A stretch of DNA of 64,000 nucleotides. Origin: an uncultured Polyangiales bacterium (GTDB lineage Bacteria > Myxococcota_A > Polyangia > Polyangiales > GCA-016699535). A model generated the notes under the pieces. That model did no database searches, was not told the origin of the DNA, and was given only the letters and a program-made list of their open reading frames with translations. The stretch lies in the NCBI GenBank assembly GCA_964640175.1, contig CAZXFW010000002.1:70257-134256 (forward strand), read 5' to 3'. Within the stretch, counting starts at the first letter, position 1. Every line of letters begins with the position of its first letter. A program made the translations under genes and the position numbers. Shown here piece by piece: positions 29,555-38,500 of the stretch.

Positions 29555-29616
29555 CTCAGTGGTAGAGCGTCGGCCTTACAAGCCGAAAGTCGTGGGTTCA
29601 ATCCCCACCCCGCCCA
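29545..29616 (+). tRNA. tRNA-Val (anticodon TAC)
   Basis: Hand-folded cloverleaf of 72 nt. Acceptor GGGCGGG/CCCGCCC. D arm GCTC-AGTGGTA-GAGC. Anticodon arm TCGGC-CTTACAA-GCCGA. T arm GTGGG-TTCAATC-CCCAC. Discriminator A. CCA is not encoded. Confidence 0.9.
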
Positions 29617-29668
29617 CAAGAAAGCCGCTCCCGGCATCACCGATCACGCCTCGTGACCACTCAACTGC

Positions 29669-31030
29669 CTAAAAGAACACGCGTGAGCCGAGCCATGCTT
29701 CAAACTTTTGATATTTGGCCGGGTCCAACATCACCGCCGCGCCCGAACCCGCATTCACAAAGTAGTCGAAGTCCGTCAAAATCGAGCTATAACCCAGCGA
29801 CGCAGTAAAGCCGAGCCAGTTCCTCACGCGATATTCACCGTACAAGCGAGCGCTTAGACGAAGGTCATCACGACGCGCTTGTGTGCCTAACAAAGCACCA
29901 TCAGGATTCAATCCAAGGCCGTAGTTGTACGTCCCGACATCGGCTTCAATCCCCAAAAGAAATGCCCTGGCTAACAAAAGCTCTGCTCGCGTATAGCCCC
30001 GGTCTCGTCGATAAAAATTACCCATGAACGAGTTGAAGTAATCCCGGTCATACCCTAAGGAAAGTTCCGTTTGCTCGTGCGGTTTCCAACGGAGTTCCGC
30101 CATGGCAATAAGCCCGTCGTAATCGTCTGCGACGTCATAGAAACCGACGGCATAACCTCCAAACACACTAAACGAAAGCTGTTGAGTCAACGCGCCGTTT
30201 AACCCTAAACGTGAGTGAAACTGTTGGTCATCGACCAAGAGGCTTGTTGCAGAAGGGTGGCCGGTGTTGGTGTAATCCACCAAGCCCAACGTGGTCTCAT
30301 AGACCAGCGCGGTTTCAGGCAAAAAGCGCCACGCCACACGGCCCAACACGGTGTGTTGCAAGTTATTGCCGAAAATAAACACATCGTCTTCGAACAAATC
30401 AAACCCAAAACTGTACCCAAGCGTGCCCACAAGCACCTCTCCGCGTGACGAGAGAGACGCTTCCATGCCTACAACGTTTCTATCTCGTCCAAAGTTATAG
30501 GGGTTGGTACCTCGCACCGCCTGCGTAAACGGTCGGACGCTTCGCGAAAACTCATCGTACAAACGCAACGAAAACGTCCGCTTGGGATTAACTTGCAGGT
30601 TAAGCTTGGCCCCTGCGGACATGTTGTCCTGCGCCTCATCCACAAAATAGTGATACAAAGACCCTGTAAGAGCTGTTTCAAACACAAACCGCGGAAGCTC
30701 ATCGGCCTCGGCTTCTTTCATACGCTCTTCGCCCAACGTGGAAAGTATCAAGTGTGGAGAAACTCTTAGAATCGCACTCGCCTGTGGATCGGCCTCTTGA
30801 TAATAAACGTTGGAATCCCAACCTCCTTCGATGCCAATGCCGGGATGAAGTTCTAGATCTCCAACGCGCAATCCAGAGCCTTGCCTTCGGTCTCGATTAT
30901 CCATCCAGCCGGGGGATTCGTTCCACGCTCCGAACGCACCCTGCGCCTTTGCAGAAGACGCCACGACGCCCAGCATCATCAAGATGCACGTAAAATAACC
31001 GTATAGCGCGCAACGGCAGAAATGAGACAT
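29669..31030 (-). CDS. outer-membrane beta-barrel protein (GltH/NfsH position of the Glt/Nfs-like operon)
   Basis: 453 aa. Signal peptide ending AKAQG. Alternating beta-strand pattern throughout, an N-terminal 'LHPGIGIEGGWDSNVYY' block and a C-terminal aromatic residue ('GSRVFF'). Confidence 0.7.
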   Translation of the reverse strand: MSHFCRCALYGYFTCILMMLGVVASSAKAQGAFGAWNESPGWMDNRDRRQGSGLRVGDLELHPGIGIEGGWDSNVYYQEADPQASAILRVSPHLILSTLGEERMKEAEADELPRFVFETALTGSLYHYFVDEAQDNMSAGAKLNLQVNPKRTFSLRLYDEFSRSVRPFTQAVRGTNPYNFGRDRNVVGMEASLSSRGEVLVGTLGYSFGFDLFEDDVFIFGNNLQHTVLGRVAWRFLPETALVYETTLGLVDYTNTGHPSATSLLVDDQQFHSRLGLNGALTQQLSFSVFGGYAVGFYDVADDYDGLIAMAELRWKPHEQTELSLGYDRDYFNSFMGNFYRRDRGYTRAELLLARAFLLGIEADVGTYNYGLGLNPDGALLGTQARRDDLRLSARLYGEYRVRNWLGFTASLGYSSILTDFDYFVNAGSGAAVMLDPAKYQKFEAWLGSRVFF

Positions 31031-31058
31031 CCAACGCGACTTCCTTGCTTAAGGCTTC

Positions 31059-31075
31059 GCGGGTCTCAGACCCGC
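31059..31075. other. perfect 7-bp stem / 3-nt loop hairpin in the 198-bp gap upstream of the OM-barrel gene
   Basis: GCGGGTC-TCA-GACCCGC read directly. It lies 29 nt upstream of the ATG at 31030. No U-tract on either strand. Confidence 0.3.
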
Positions 31076-31228
31076 ACCGTGACCCTCTGTACCAAAACTT
31101 CGGCACAAAAGCGATATCTTTGTGGAATTAGCTGCTTCAAGACCCAGCTAAGCTGGAAAGGCCATCCATCGCAGGGCAACCCCAAGGGGCGGTACGATAT
31201 CGTTTGGGGACTTTGAGGCCCTGCGCGA

Positions 31229-31831
31229 TCACTCAATGGGGCTACTTGGCGGCGGCACCATAGGAATACTGGGCATGTCGGGAAAAGCGGGCCTGCCCGC
31301 ATTCTCACGGGGAGTTTTCGCATCAACCGTCATGACTACCTTGGTCTTGCCAGTTTCATACAAGTCTTGGCCCACGCACTGCCCTGCCTCTTGCTGAAGC
31401 ACGTTAAATTTCCGGCCAAGCACACCCAACACGGTGGCCTCATGCACTTGCCGATCGGAGTCTTTGGTTTGAATCGCCTGACGCAAGGCCCCCAAGTGTT
31501 GCTCTGCGTTGTTGGAATTCACATTGGCCTGCGTCAGCTTATCTTCAAGGCATGTCATTTGAATCACGTCCTTGGCTTGACGAGATTGATCTAACAAATT
31601 GGATACATTATGAGACAACTGCTTGCCTTGCTTGGCCACCTGCTTTCCTAAGGCAAGCTTACCTTCTGGCGTCGGAGGAACGGGCATGGCCTGCTCTGCG
31701 GTAAGATCTGCCAGCGTGCTCTCGTTGCCCCCCGTGCCTTGTTGGGCATAGACGAGGCTCCCCGCGCCTATGAACACACCCGCTCCCAACATACTCGCCA
31801 GCACGTAATGCGTGTGTGATTGCCTCGTCAT
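31229..31831 (-). CDS. hypothetical secreted helical protein with Pro-rich tail
   Basis: 200 aa. Signal/TM (VLASMLGAGVFIGAGSLVYAQQ), a helical middle and a C-terminal 'PSIPMVPPPSSP'. No family recognised. Confidence 0.5.
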   Translation of the reverse strand: MTRQSHTHYVLASMLGAGVFIGAGSLVYAQQGTGGNESTLADLTAEQAMPVPPTPEGKLALGKQVAKQGKQLSHNVSNLLDQSRQAKDVIQMTCLEDKLTQANVNSNNAEQHLGALRQAIQTKDSDRQVHEATVLGVLGRKFNVLQQEAGQCVGQDLYETGKTKVVMTVDAKTPRENAGRPAFPDMPSIPMVPPPSSPIE

Positions 31832-31885
31832 AGATACACTCCTATGGACTAGTGTACCCTGAACACGTTATTTTTCCAAACCCGT

Positions 31886-33358
31886 TCAATTTTGAGGCTC
31901 AAACACGAATGGATAACGGAAATTGACGCTGCCACCCTCAGGGCCTGGATTAAAACGAAACCGTGAAATTACGCCGACCACACAACTGGCCACCGCAGCA
32001 TCTCCGGTAGAGTTTTCAACTGCTTTGGCCCCTGAAACACTCCCGCTTTCTTGAATGGTGAACTCCACGGACACCTTGCCTGAAAGTGTTGGGTTGCGAC
32101 GGAGCTCTCGTTCGTAACAACTCTTGATTTGGCCTAGCCGTTTTCGAATCTCACGCGCCACTAACTGCGAATCAAAATCACCTGAGCCGCCGATGTCGCC
32201 GCCACTGCCGACGCTGGTCATGCCCGTGACACGTCGCTCCACCACAGCGCCGCCTTCGCCTTGTTGAGCAGTGGCGCCGTCACCACCCGCTCGGGCCAAT
32301 CCACCTAGCCCCCCTACGCCACTGCCCTGACCGCCACCCGAACGAGTGCGTAACACACCGCCCGAAGCCCCATTGGCCACACCGACACCTTGAGCCTGCG
32401 CCAAGACATCTTCTGCATTGCCTACGGGCACGCCACCTCGAAGCACATCGGCAAAAGCCCCTCCCAACTCGCCCGAGCTAAGTGCACCCAACAAGAGCTG
32501 TTCTGCAGCTTGCGAAGCCTCTTCGACAATACGTGCTTGGGTTTCAGCAGAAGACTCTCCACGATCTTTGGCCGGCCCAGGCGAGTCCTCTTTTTTGGAT
32601 TGCTTTGGTTGGGGCTTTGCTTCTTCCGCAGCCTCTTTCCCTTTATCAGTAGCCTCTTCGGTAGATTCTTTGGTTTCTGGTTCGGGTGGCGCTTCAAAAA
32701 TTAAACGCGCAGCCAGCGAATTGGGATCGAAATCCATCCCTTTATCCAATGGCCAATCGGCATTCTCCAAATAGACCACAAAGCCAAAATGACTCATGAA
32801 TGAAAGCAACAAAAACGCGGTAAATACCCAATCGATACTTTTGATAACCCCACTTTGCGCTGCCGAAGGAAGTTGAGGACGAGGCGCCACCGGGGGTTTA
32901 GCGACAAACTGAAACAACAAGGTCGTATCCCCAATGACAATTTTACCCCGAGAATTATCGTTAAGCTTAATCTGCCACACCTGTCCTGATTGCCGCGCCG
33001 CACCGGTGGAACGCAGTTCTTCCAATTCCTTGACGCCCTCTGGCATGCCTACGCGGCCATGCATTTCAGGTGTGAAATTCAAAATATAGTCGTCACCTAC
33101 CAATTGGAACACTTCAAACTTGGACGACAGCCCTTGTGCAAATACGACAAAGGTGGCGCGCTCTGAGGTGCCCACTGACACTGTCTCGCGTTTCATCATG
33201 ACACGCTCTTCGACGATCTTCCCATTCTGGATCACGCCAATGCGCAACACTCTGCCGCCGGCTGGCTTGTAGTCCACCGCGGCCATCGCCCTGGTCATGG
33301 CCCCCGGTGGGGTCCCTTGACCGCGAGTAGGTTTTGGATCCTTTGATTGCTCGCTCAT
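31886..33358 (-). CDS. GltG/GltJ (PglI/AgmX)-like bitopic protein with TonB-like AgmX/PglI C-terminal domain
   Basis: 490 aa. Cytoplasmic beta-rich N-domain (aa ~35-155), a single TM (aa ~177-196), a charged then Gly-rich low-complexity linker, and a C-terminal 'IKSCYERELRRNPTLSGKVSVEFTIQESGSV...VASCVVGVISRFRFNPGPEGGSVNFRYPFVFEP'. Confidence 0.75.
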   Translation of the reverse strand: MSEQSKDPKPTRGQGTPPGAMTRAMAAVDYKPAGGRVLRIGVIQNGKIVEERVMMKRETVSVGTSERATFVVFAQGLSSKFEVFQLVGDDYILNFTPEMHGRVGMPEGVKELEELRSTGAARQSGQVWQIKLNDNSRGKIVIGDTTLLFQFVAKPPVAPRPQLPSAAQSGVIKSIDWVFTAFLLLSFMSHFGFVVYLENADWPLDKGMDFDPNSLAARLIFEAPPEPETKESTEEATDKGKEAAEEAKPQPKQSKKEDSPGPAKDRGESSAETQARIVEEASQAAEQLLLGALSSGELGGAFADVLRGGVPVGNAEDVLAQAQGVGVANGASGGVLRTRSGGGQGSGVGGLGGLARAGGDGATAQQGEGGAVVERRVTGMTSVGSGGDIGGSGDFDSQLVAREIRKRLGQIKSCYERELRRNPTLSGKVSVEFTIQESGSVSGAKAVENSTGDAAVASCVVGVISRFRFNPGPEGGSVNFRYPFVFEPQN

Positions 33359-33439
33359 GATCTGCGCCTATACACGCCCGTCGAACCCTACCACAAGTCC
33401 ATGGCGCTTCTCAAAAACCCTCAGCATCCTTTATTTAGT

Positions 33440-33877
33440 TCATACAGAAGCATGTTCTTTCACGCCATGCCGTTGCACGGCATGCAATTTTCGCTGGGCC
33501 TCCCGACGCAGCCAAGCCCATGAAAAAAGCCCAACGGCCGCGCTGCCCACTCCCCAGCCCATCGCATGAAATGCGTGCTGAAGATTCTCGCGTTGCTGCG
33601 TTACCATGACAGCGGAACTACGGGGGTTGCCCTGCAACCCCAATGCATGCGCCAAATCCAACATCGCTATCAACATTCCCAGGGTCATCGCCACACTTGG
33701 CAAGATCCGTAATGGGTAAAGCCCTCTGGCTAACTGCCGTTGCATGAAAAGCACGTCATCGTGTGCCATCGGCGAACCCATGTCGAGGCGCCTGATTTGG
33801 CTATATTTTGCACCAATGAGCATGACGATCGTTAGCGCGAGAAACCACTGCACGTATGACAAAAGCACCATCATCAC
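33440..33877 (-). CDS. hypothetical small integral membrane protein (3 predicted TM)
   Basis: 145 aa. Hydrophobic segments 'VQWFLALTIVMLIGA', 'ILPSVAMTLGMLIAMLDLAHAL' and 'GWGVGSAAVGLFSWAW'. No family recognised. Confidence 0.5.
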   Translation of the reverse strand: MMMVLLSYVQWFLALTIVMLIGAKYSQIRRLDMGSPMAHDDVLFMQRQLARGLYPLRILPSVAMTLGMLIAMLDLAHALGLQGNPRSSAVMVTQQRENLQHAFHAMGWGVGSAAVGLFSWAWLRREAQRKLHAVQRHGVKEHASV

Positions 33878-33913
33878 TAAGCTTGCCCCAATCTAAATAC
33901 ACCTAGTCAGAAT

Positions 33914-34195
33914 TTAGAAAGGCTCTCGTTGAACGCTCTGGACCACGTCCCTTACAAAACTTGTGCGCAGTTCAAGCACTTCATAGCCAAGGTTAGAGCG
34001 GTTTAAAATGTAAAACGCATTGGGTTTTTGGACGCGGCCTTCGATGCGAATTTCTTCAAGCTGGATAACTCGAGGCTTTCCGGTACGTTTGGTCTGCTGA
34101 GCCTGGCTTTTTGGAGAACCACCAAGCCACATCAGCATACAAAGGCCAAGCGCCGCATGCCATGAGCTCCCCCTCTGAGACTGTCGTGACCTCAT
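33914..34195 (-). CDS. hypothetical small secreted protein (GltF/NfsF position)
   Basis: 93 aa. Signal (ALGLCMLMWLGGSPKSQAQ), then 'VIQLEEIRIEGRVQKPNAFYILNRS'. Its start overlaps the stop of the upstream TPR lipoprotein gene by 4 nt. Confidence 0.55.
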   Translation of the reverse strand: MRSRQSQRGSSWHAALGLCMLMWLGGSPKSQAQQTKRTGKPRVIQLEEIRIEGRVQKPNAFYILNRSNLGYEVLELRTSFVRDVVQSVQREPF

Positions 34196-35541
34196 TGCCC
34201 CTCCTGCTTACTCGCCGCATTCCGTGCTTCGCGTTCCAAGCGACGTTTTTCACGTTGGATCTGGCGATCAAGATCCTCCAAGTAGCTCTGCGATAAGTCG
34301 TTCTTAGCGAGTCTACCCCCCTTCATCGCACGGTAAGCCCCAAACTCCTGCACGGCCTTCTCTAATGCTTGCAATGTCGTCACGCCTTTTAATCCTGTAC
34401 CTACGCTCATGTATAATAACCCAAGATTAAAATGCGCTTCTGGAAGGTCTGTTTTTAAAGACAAGGCCTTTTCAAATGCTTGACGGGCTTGATCCCATTG
34501 GCGCAAAGCTCGATAGGCATCGCCCAAGTTAAGTAAAAGCTCTGGCTCCGGTGGCAACAAATGACGCGCTACCTCAAACTGCTTAAGCGCCTCGCTGTGG
34601 TTACCGCCTGATAGCAGGTGGATCCCAAGCGCCACCCGCGCTTCAGCATAGTCGGGACGCGCTTCAATGGCTTTGCGATAAAAGTCCATCGCTTCTGCCA
34701 AATGGTTTTGCTCGGCATACAGTTTGGCTCTTAAATACAGTGCTTCCGGTTGCTTAGGATCAATTTTCAACGCCTGCTCAAGAATGGATTCACATAGCTC
34801 AACTCGTTTGCGCGCCATGCTTGCTTTCGCGATCGCCAACATGGCAGGCACATACGTTTCATCCCGGCGAAGCGCTGCAATGGCAACTTCTTCCGCCTGA
34901 TCCAAGCGATTGGCCTGAATCAGCGCATGGCTGTAAACCACCTGTAGCCGAAGATTGCGCTCCCATTTTTTGGCAAGCTCACCCACAATGGAAAGCGCTT
35001 CTTGGATGTTACCGCGACGTGCATAGACAGTCAGAATGCCCGCCGCGGCTTTTTCATAATCGGGCTGAATCCTCAACGCCTGGTGATAATGCTCTAAGGC
35101 ACGGTCGCTATTGCCTGCGCGGTCTGCAAGCAGTCCCAAGTGATACGCCGCTTGGTACGCATTGGGGTCAGCGTCCAATGCCTGCCGGAAATCCTGGGCA
35201 GCTTGTTCATCCTGAAACTCCGACATCGCTGAAAGCCCTCGTTGAAACGATTGTGCCGCTGCACTGTTCATGACCTTGCGCTCAGGCAACGGAGCCCCTC
35301 GCTGATCGTCTGGACTTCCCCATGGCGAACCGGCAGTTCCTGAACTGGAATCTGCCGAGGACAGTGTTGTCGTGATCAACCCTTCCGTATCCGTGCTGCG
35401 CTCAGCAGACGTTTCGCCTCCTGCGCTAGTGCCGCTACCCGTGGAACGTTCTTCAGAAACTGGAGTGGTTGGCTCTGATTCAGAGCCACATGCTGCTAGC
35501 CCCACCCATATTGCGCCCACAAGGGCTATTCGGGAAGTCAT
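34192..35541 (-). CDS. TPR-repeat lipoprotein, GltE/AglT/NfsE-like
   Basis: 449 aa. Lipobox GLAACGS, a Ser/Thr/Gly-rich linker, about 8 TPR units ('AYHLGLLADRAGN...ALEHYHQALRIQPDYEKA', etc.) and a basic coiled C-tail. Confidence 0.7.
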   Translation of the reverse strand: MTSRIALVGAIWVGLAACGSESEPTTPVSEERSTGSGTSAGGETSAERSTDTEGLITTTLSSADSSSGTAGSPWGSPDDQRGAPLPERKVMNSAAAQSFQRGLSAMSEFQDEQAAQDFRQALDADPNAYQAAYHLGLLADRAGNSDRALEHYHQALRIQPDYEKAAAGILTVYARRGNIQEALSIVGELAKKWERNLRLQVVYSHALIQANRLDQAEEVAIAALRRDETYVPAMLAIAKASMARKRVELCESILEQALKIDPKQPEALYLRAKLYAEQNHLAEAMDFYRKAIEARPDYAEARVALGIHLLSGGNHSEALKQFEVARHLLPPEPELLLNLGDAYRALRQWDQARQAFEKALSLKTDLPEAHFNLGLLYMSVGTGLKGVTTLQALEKAVQEFGAYRAMKGGRLAKNDLSQSYLEDLDRQIQREKRRLEREARNAASKQEGQ

Positions 35542-38500
35542 GGCTCTACCTCCATCGCCGGCAACGCCGTACCACTTGGCAAAGGCAGCGTCTGGCCACG
35601 CGGCACCCGTGTAAATTCGCCCGATTGGTAGGCTCCAAACGTGGGATCTTGTTTTGTGGCCTGCTCAATACACTCACCAATGCGTTCATCGCCATAAGCC
35701 TGCAATCGATCGACAGCAACACGTGTGTACTCGGTATCCATACTGCCTGCACGTGCCGCACGCGCAGCCAATGCGTACCGTGACACTGCCAAGCATTCGA
35801 TGGCACGAACCTGCTCATCGAGCACCTGCCGCACCCTGTCCTCGATCTGCACGCGCATGTCTTCTTTGGCAACCGGATCTAACCGCTTAAGTTGAGCATT
35901 GATGTCCTTCGGCATGACAAATGGCATATTGAGTACGGCCTTTGCCAATACTTCATAAATGCGACCTTGACGAACATAGGCCGCAATAGTCCATTTGGGT
36001 CGGCCATATGCCGGGATGGGATCATACCCCGCTGCAAGGGCTGTCGCTTGTTTTGATCCTTGACCGATCTGCTGACTGATCTCTTTCTTGATATAGGCTT
36101 CCATGGTCGCCGGGTGCCCCGCCTTGATCGTAAAACTCTCAAAAGACTCACTGCTGTCATCTACTAGCAAGAACTTGCTTTCAGCCGCATACTCCGCCGC
36201 CGCAGACCCTCGAGCCTGGTTTGTACTGGCAAACGCATCGACAACATCCTGCAAGGCCGCATGGTATTCTTTGCCGCGAGTGCCTTTTGCCTTCTGAGAC
36301 TCAGCGATGCGCCAATACGCTTGAACAATTACGCTTCCTGCTTTGGAATCCTGCTTATAACGTTTGATAAAGTCACGCATTTCGCGGATCGCAAGATTCC
36401 AGTTCTCTTGTTTATATGCCATCTCGGCAACACGGTAGTGCGCTGCACGCTTGTCTTCTTCATCCACAATGGTATCTGCGGCACGTTTGTAATATTCAGC
36501 CGCTGCCGCATATTGTTGCTGATATTCCAAAATACGTGCTGCGTTGATTAGTGCATCCTCACGGCGCTCACGCACAGATGGCTCCGTGGATTTCAAAAAC
36601 CGTTCCGAATCTGCCAACGCACGGTAACTGCCTACCGCTCTACCAAAATCAAAGAAACGATTGGCATTGTATGCTTGGCGAAAATAGGCGTTCGAAAGAA
36701 TGGCATCCAGACGTTTTTGTTCTTCTTCGTCTTTGGCAGCCCGAGAACCCACTTCGTCAATAATTCGAGCATACAAACGCGCCGCAGACTCAAAGCGACT
36801 CGTACGCTCCAGTGCCACTGCAGCTTTTTCAAGCGCAAGCGGGGCCTGAGCATGCGTTGGCTCATCATTCACAGCTTCCACAAGCATCGTTGCGGCTTCT
36901 TCATAAAGGCGCCGCTGTTCTTGACCAGAACTTTTTTCCGCATCATCAAACACTTGCACAGCTTTTTGATAACGAATGTTACTAAGCTGTACCGTTGCGA
37001 CACATTGCGGCTCTTCCGCATTGGCAGGCTTCGTGCAATCGACCGAAGCTCTTGCCACTGCTGTTCCAGAAGCAAACGTGCACCGTCGCTTTTGAAGATC
37101 TCGACTCAGACGTTCCACCTCGTCGGTCTGATTAAGAGACACCGCCATGTTGTTAAGATTAAACCATGCAACACGCCCCGTCTCATCCGCATCGCTTCCA
37201 CTACAGTTATCATTATAAATCCGAGCAAACCGCTCACGCGCATGCGGCCAATACCCATACACATACAACAACAAGGCATTGTTATAATCGTAAGAATCCC
37301 GAAGGCTTTCCGTATCGTGCTCTTTATCTACACGCGCCAGGTAAACTTCTCGCGCCTGTGCCAACCGCTGTAAAAGCACTGGCATCGGCAGAGGCGTTAC
37401 CTGACGCGGATTACCCTGCGGAGAGGGCGGTTCAGTCCGAATGGCCAAACGATTTGCTTCAGCCTCCCGATCGACGATGCGCTTGAGCGACTCCACCACA
37501 CGTCGCGCTGCTTCCGAAAGATGTGTGTCATCAAGATTTGAATCGCGTACCGCCGCATAGGTCTCGGCAGCTTGTTCATACTGCCCAGACCAATAAAGCG
37601 CCTCAGCCCAATTGTAATGAAGATCGTAGGCCTGAGGACTGTTAGGATTTTTTTCGATATATAGCTTGTAGGCATTTGCGGCAGAGCCATACGCAAGCTG
37701 AGCTTCTTGGCAAAGCTCGGGCTTTTCATCCTGGACACAACGTCGACGAAGATTTTGTGCATACTGATGGTGTTGGATAGCAGAGCTGATAAGGGCATCT
37801 TGCGCAAGTTGCTCTGCCTCACGTTGCTCACGTGGATGATCCATGTTGGCATTCCACCAAGAAGTCCCTTCTCGATACAGCTCTCCCAACTTGGCACGGG
37901 CTAACAAGGCATCGTCGAGCTGATTGTTCTGAACACGCGCAAGCGCTATCTTGTTTTGAATCTCGGGAGCACGGTAATGATTGGGAAACCGTTTGAGCGC
38001 AAGCTCCCAGGCAGCGACGGCTTGAGGAAATTTCGCCTCATCAAAGTACACGGTGCCTAACTGAAAATACACTTCAGGCGTCCATTCTCGATCCTGCGGA
38101 AGAATGCTTGCGGTCTGAATACGTTCTATGCCTGTAGGTAGGCCTTCCTGGGGATCAGCGACCTGATTTTCATTCCAATCGTCATACGCAAGCGTAATGC
38201 CTAAATATTGAATCGCTTCCTCTCGGAGTTCAGTGCCTGCCTTACCCGTCCGCTTCTTTTCATCGTCTGACCATTGCACAAGCAATGCAAAGTGCTGAAT
38301 GGACTCTGCATAATGGCTAGCCCGATAATAAGACCAGGCCAACTTATATAAAGCGAGATTATAAACGCGGTCCTCAGGGTAGTTAAGAATCTTAGCATAC
38401 GCGCTGATCGCATGCGCTAACGCGTCATCTGCGTAATCAAAATCAAAATGGTATTCTCCCACGCGAAGCCACGTTTCAGCATAAAAATCCTTCGATTCAA

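Noticed and set aside
33440-33877. Calling the 145-aa 3-TM protein a TolQ/ExbB-family stator subunit
   Set aside because: Only one short segment vaguely resembles the channel helix, and the conserved ExbB/TolQ blocks are absent. I kept it as a hypothetical membrane protein.
36675-37373. 232-aa + strand ORF opposite the 1288-aa TPR gene
   Set aside because: It is antisense to a continuous, motif-rich 3.9-kb ORF. The translated sequence is Arg/Ile/Phe-rich with no motifs. This is a shadow ORF.
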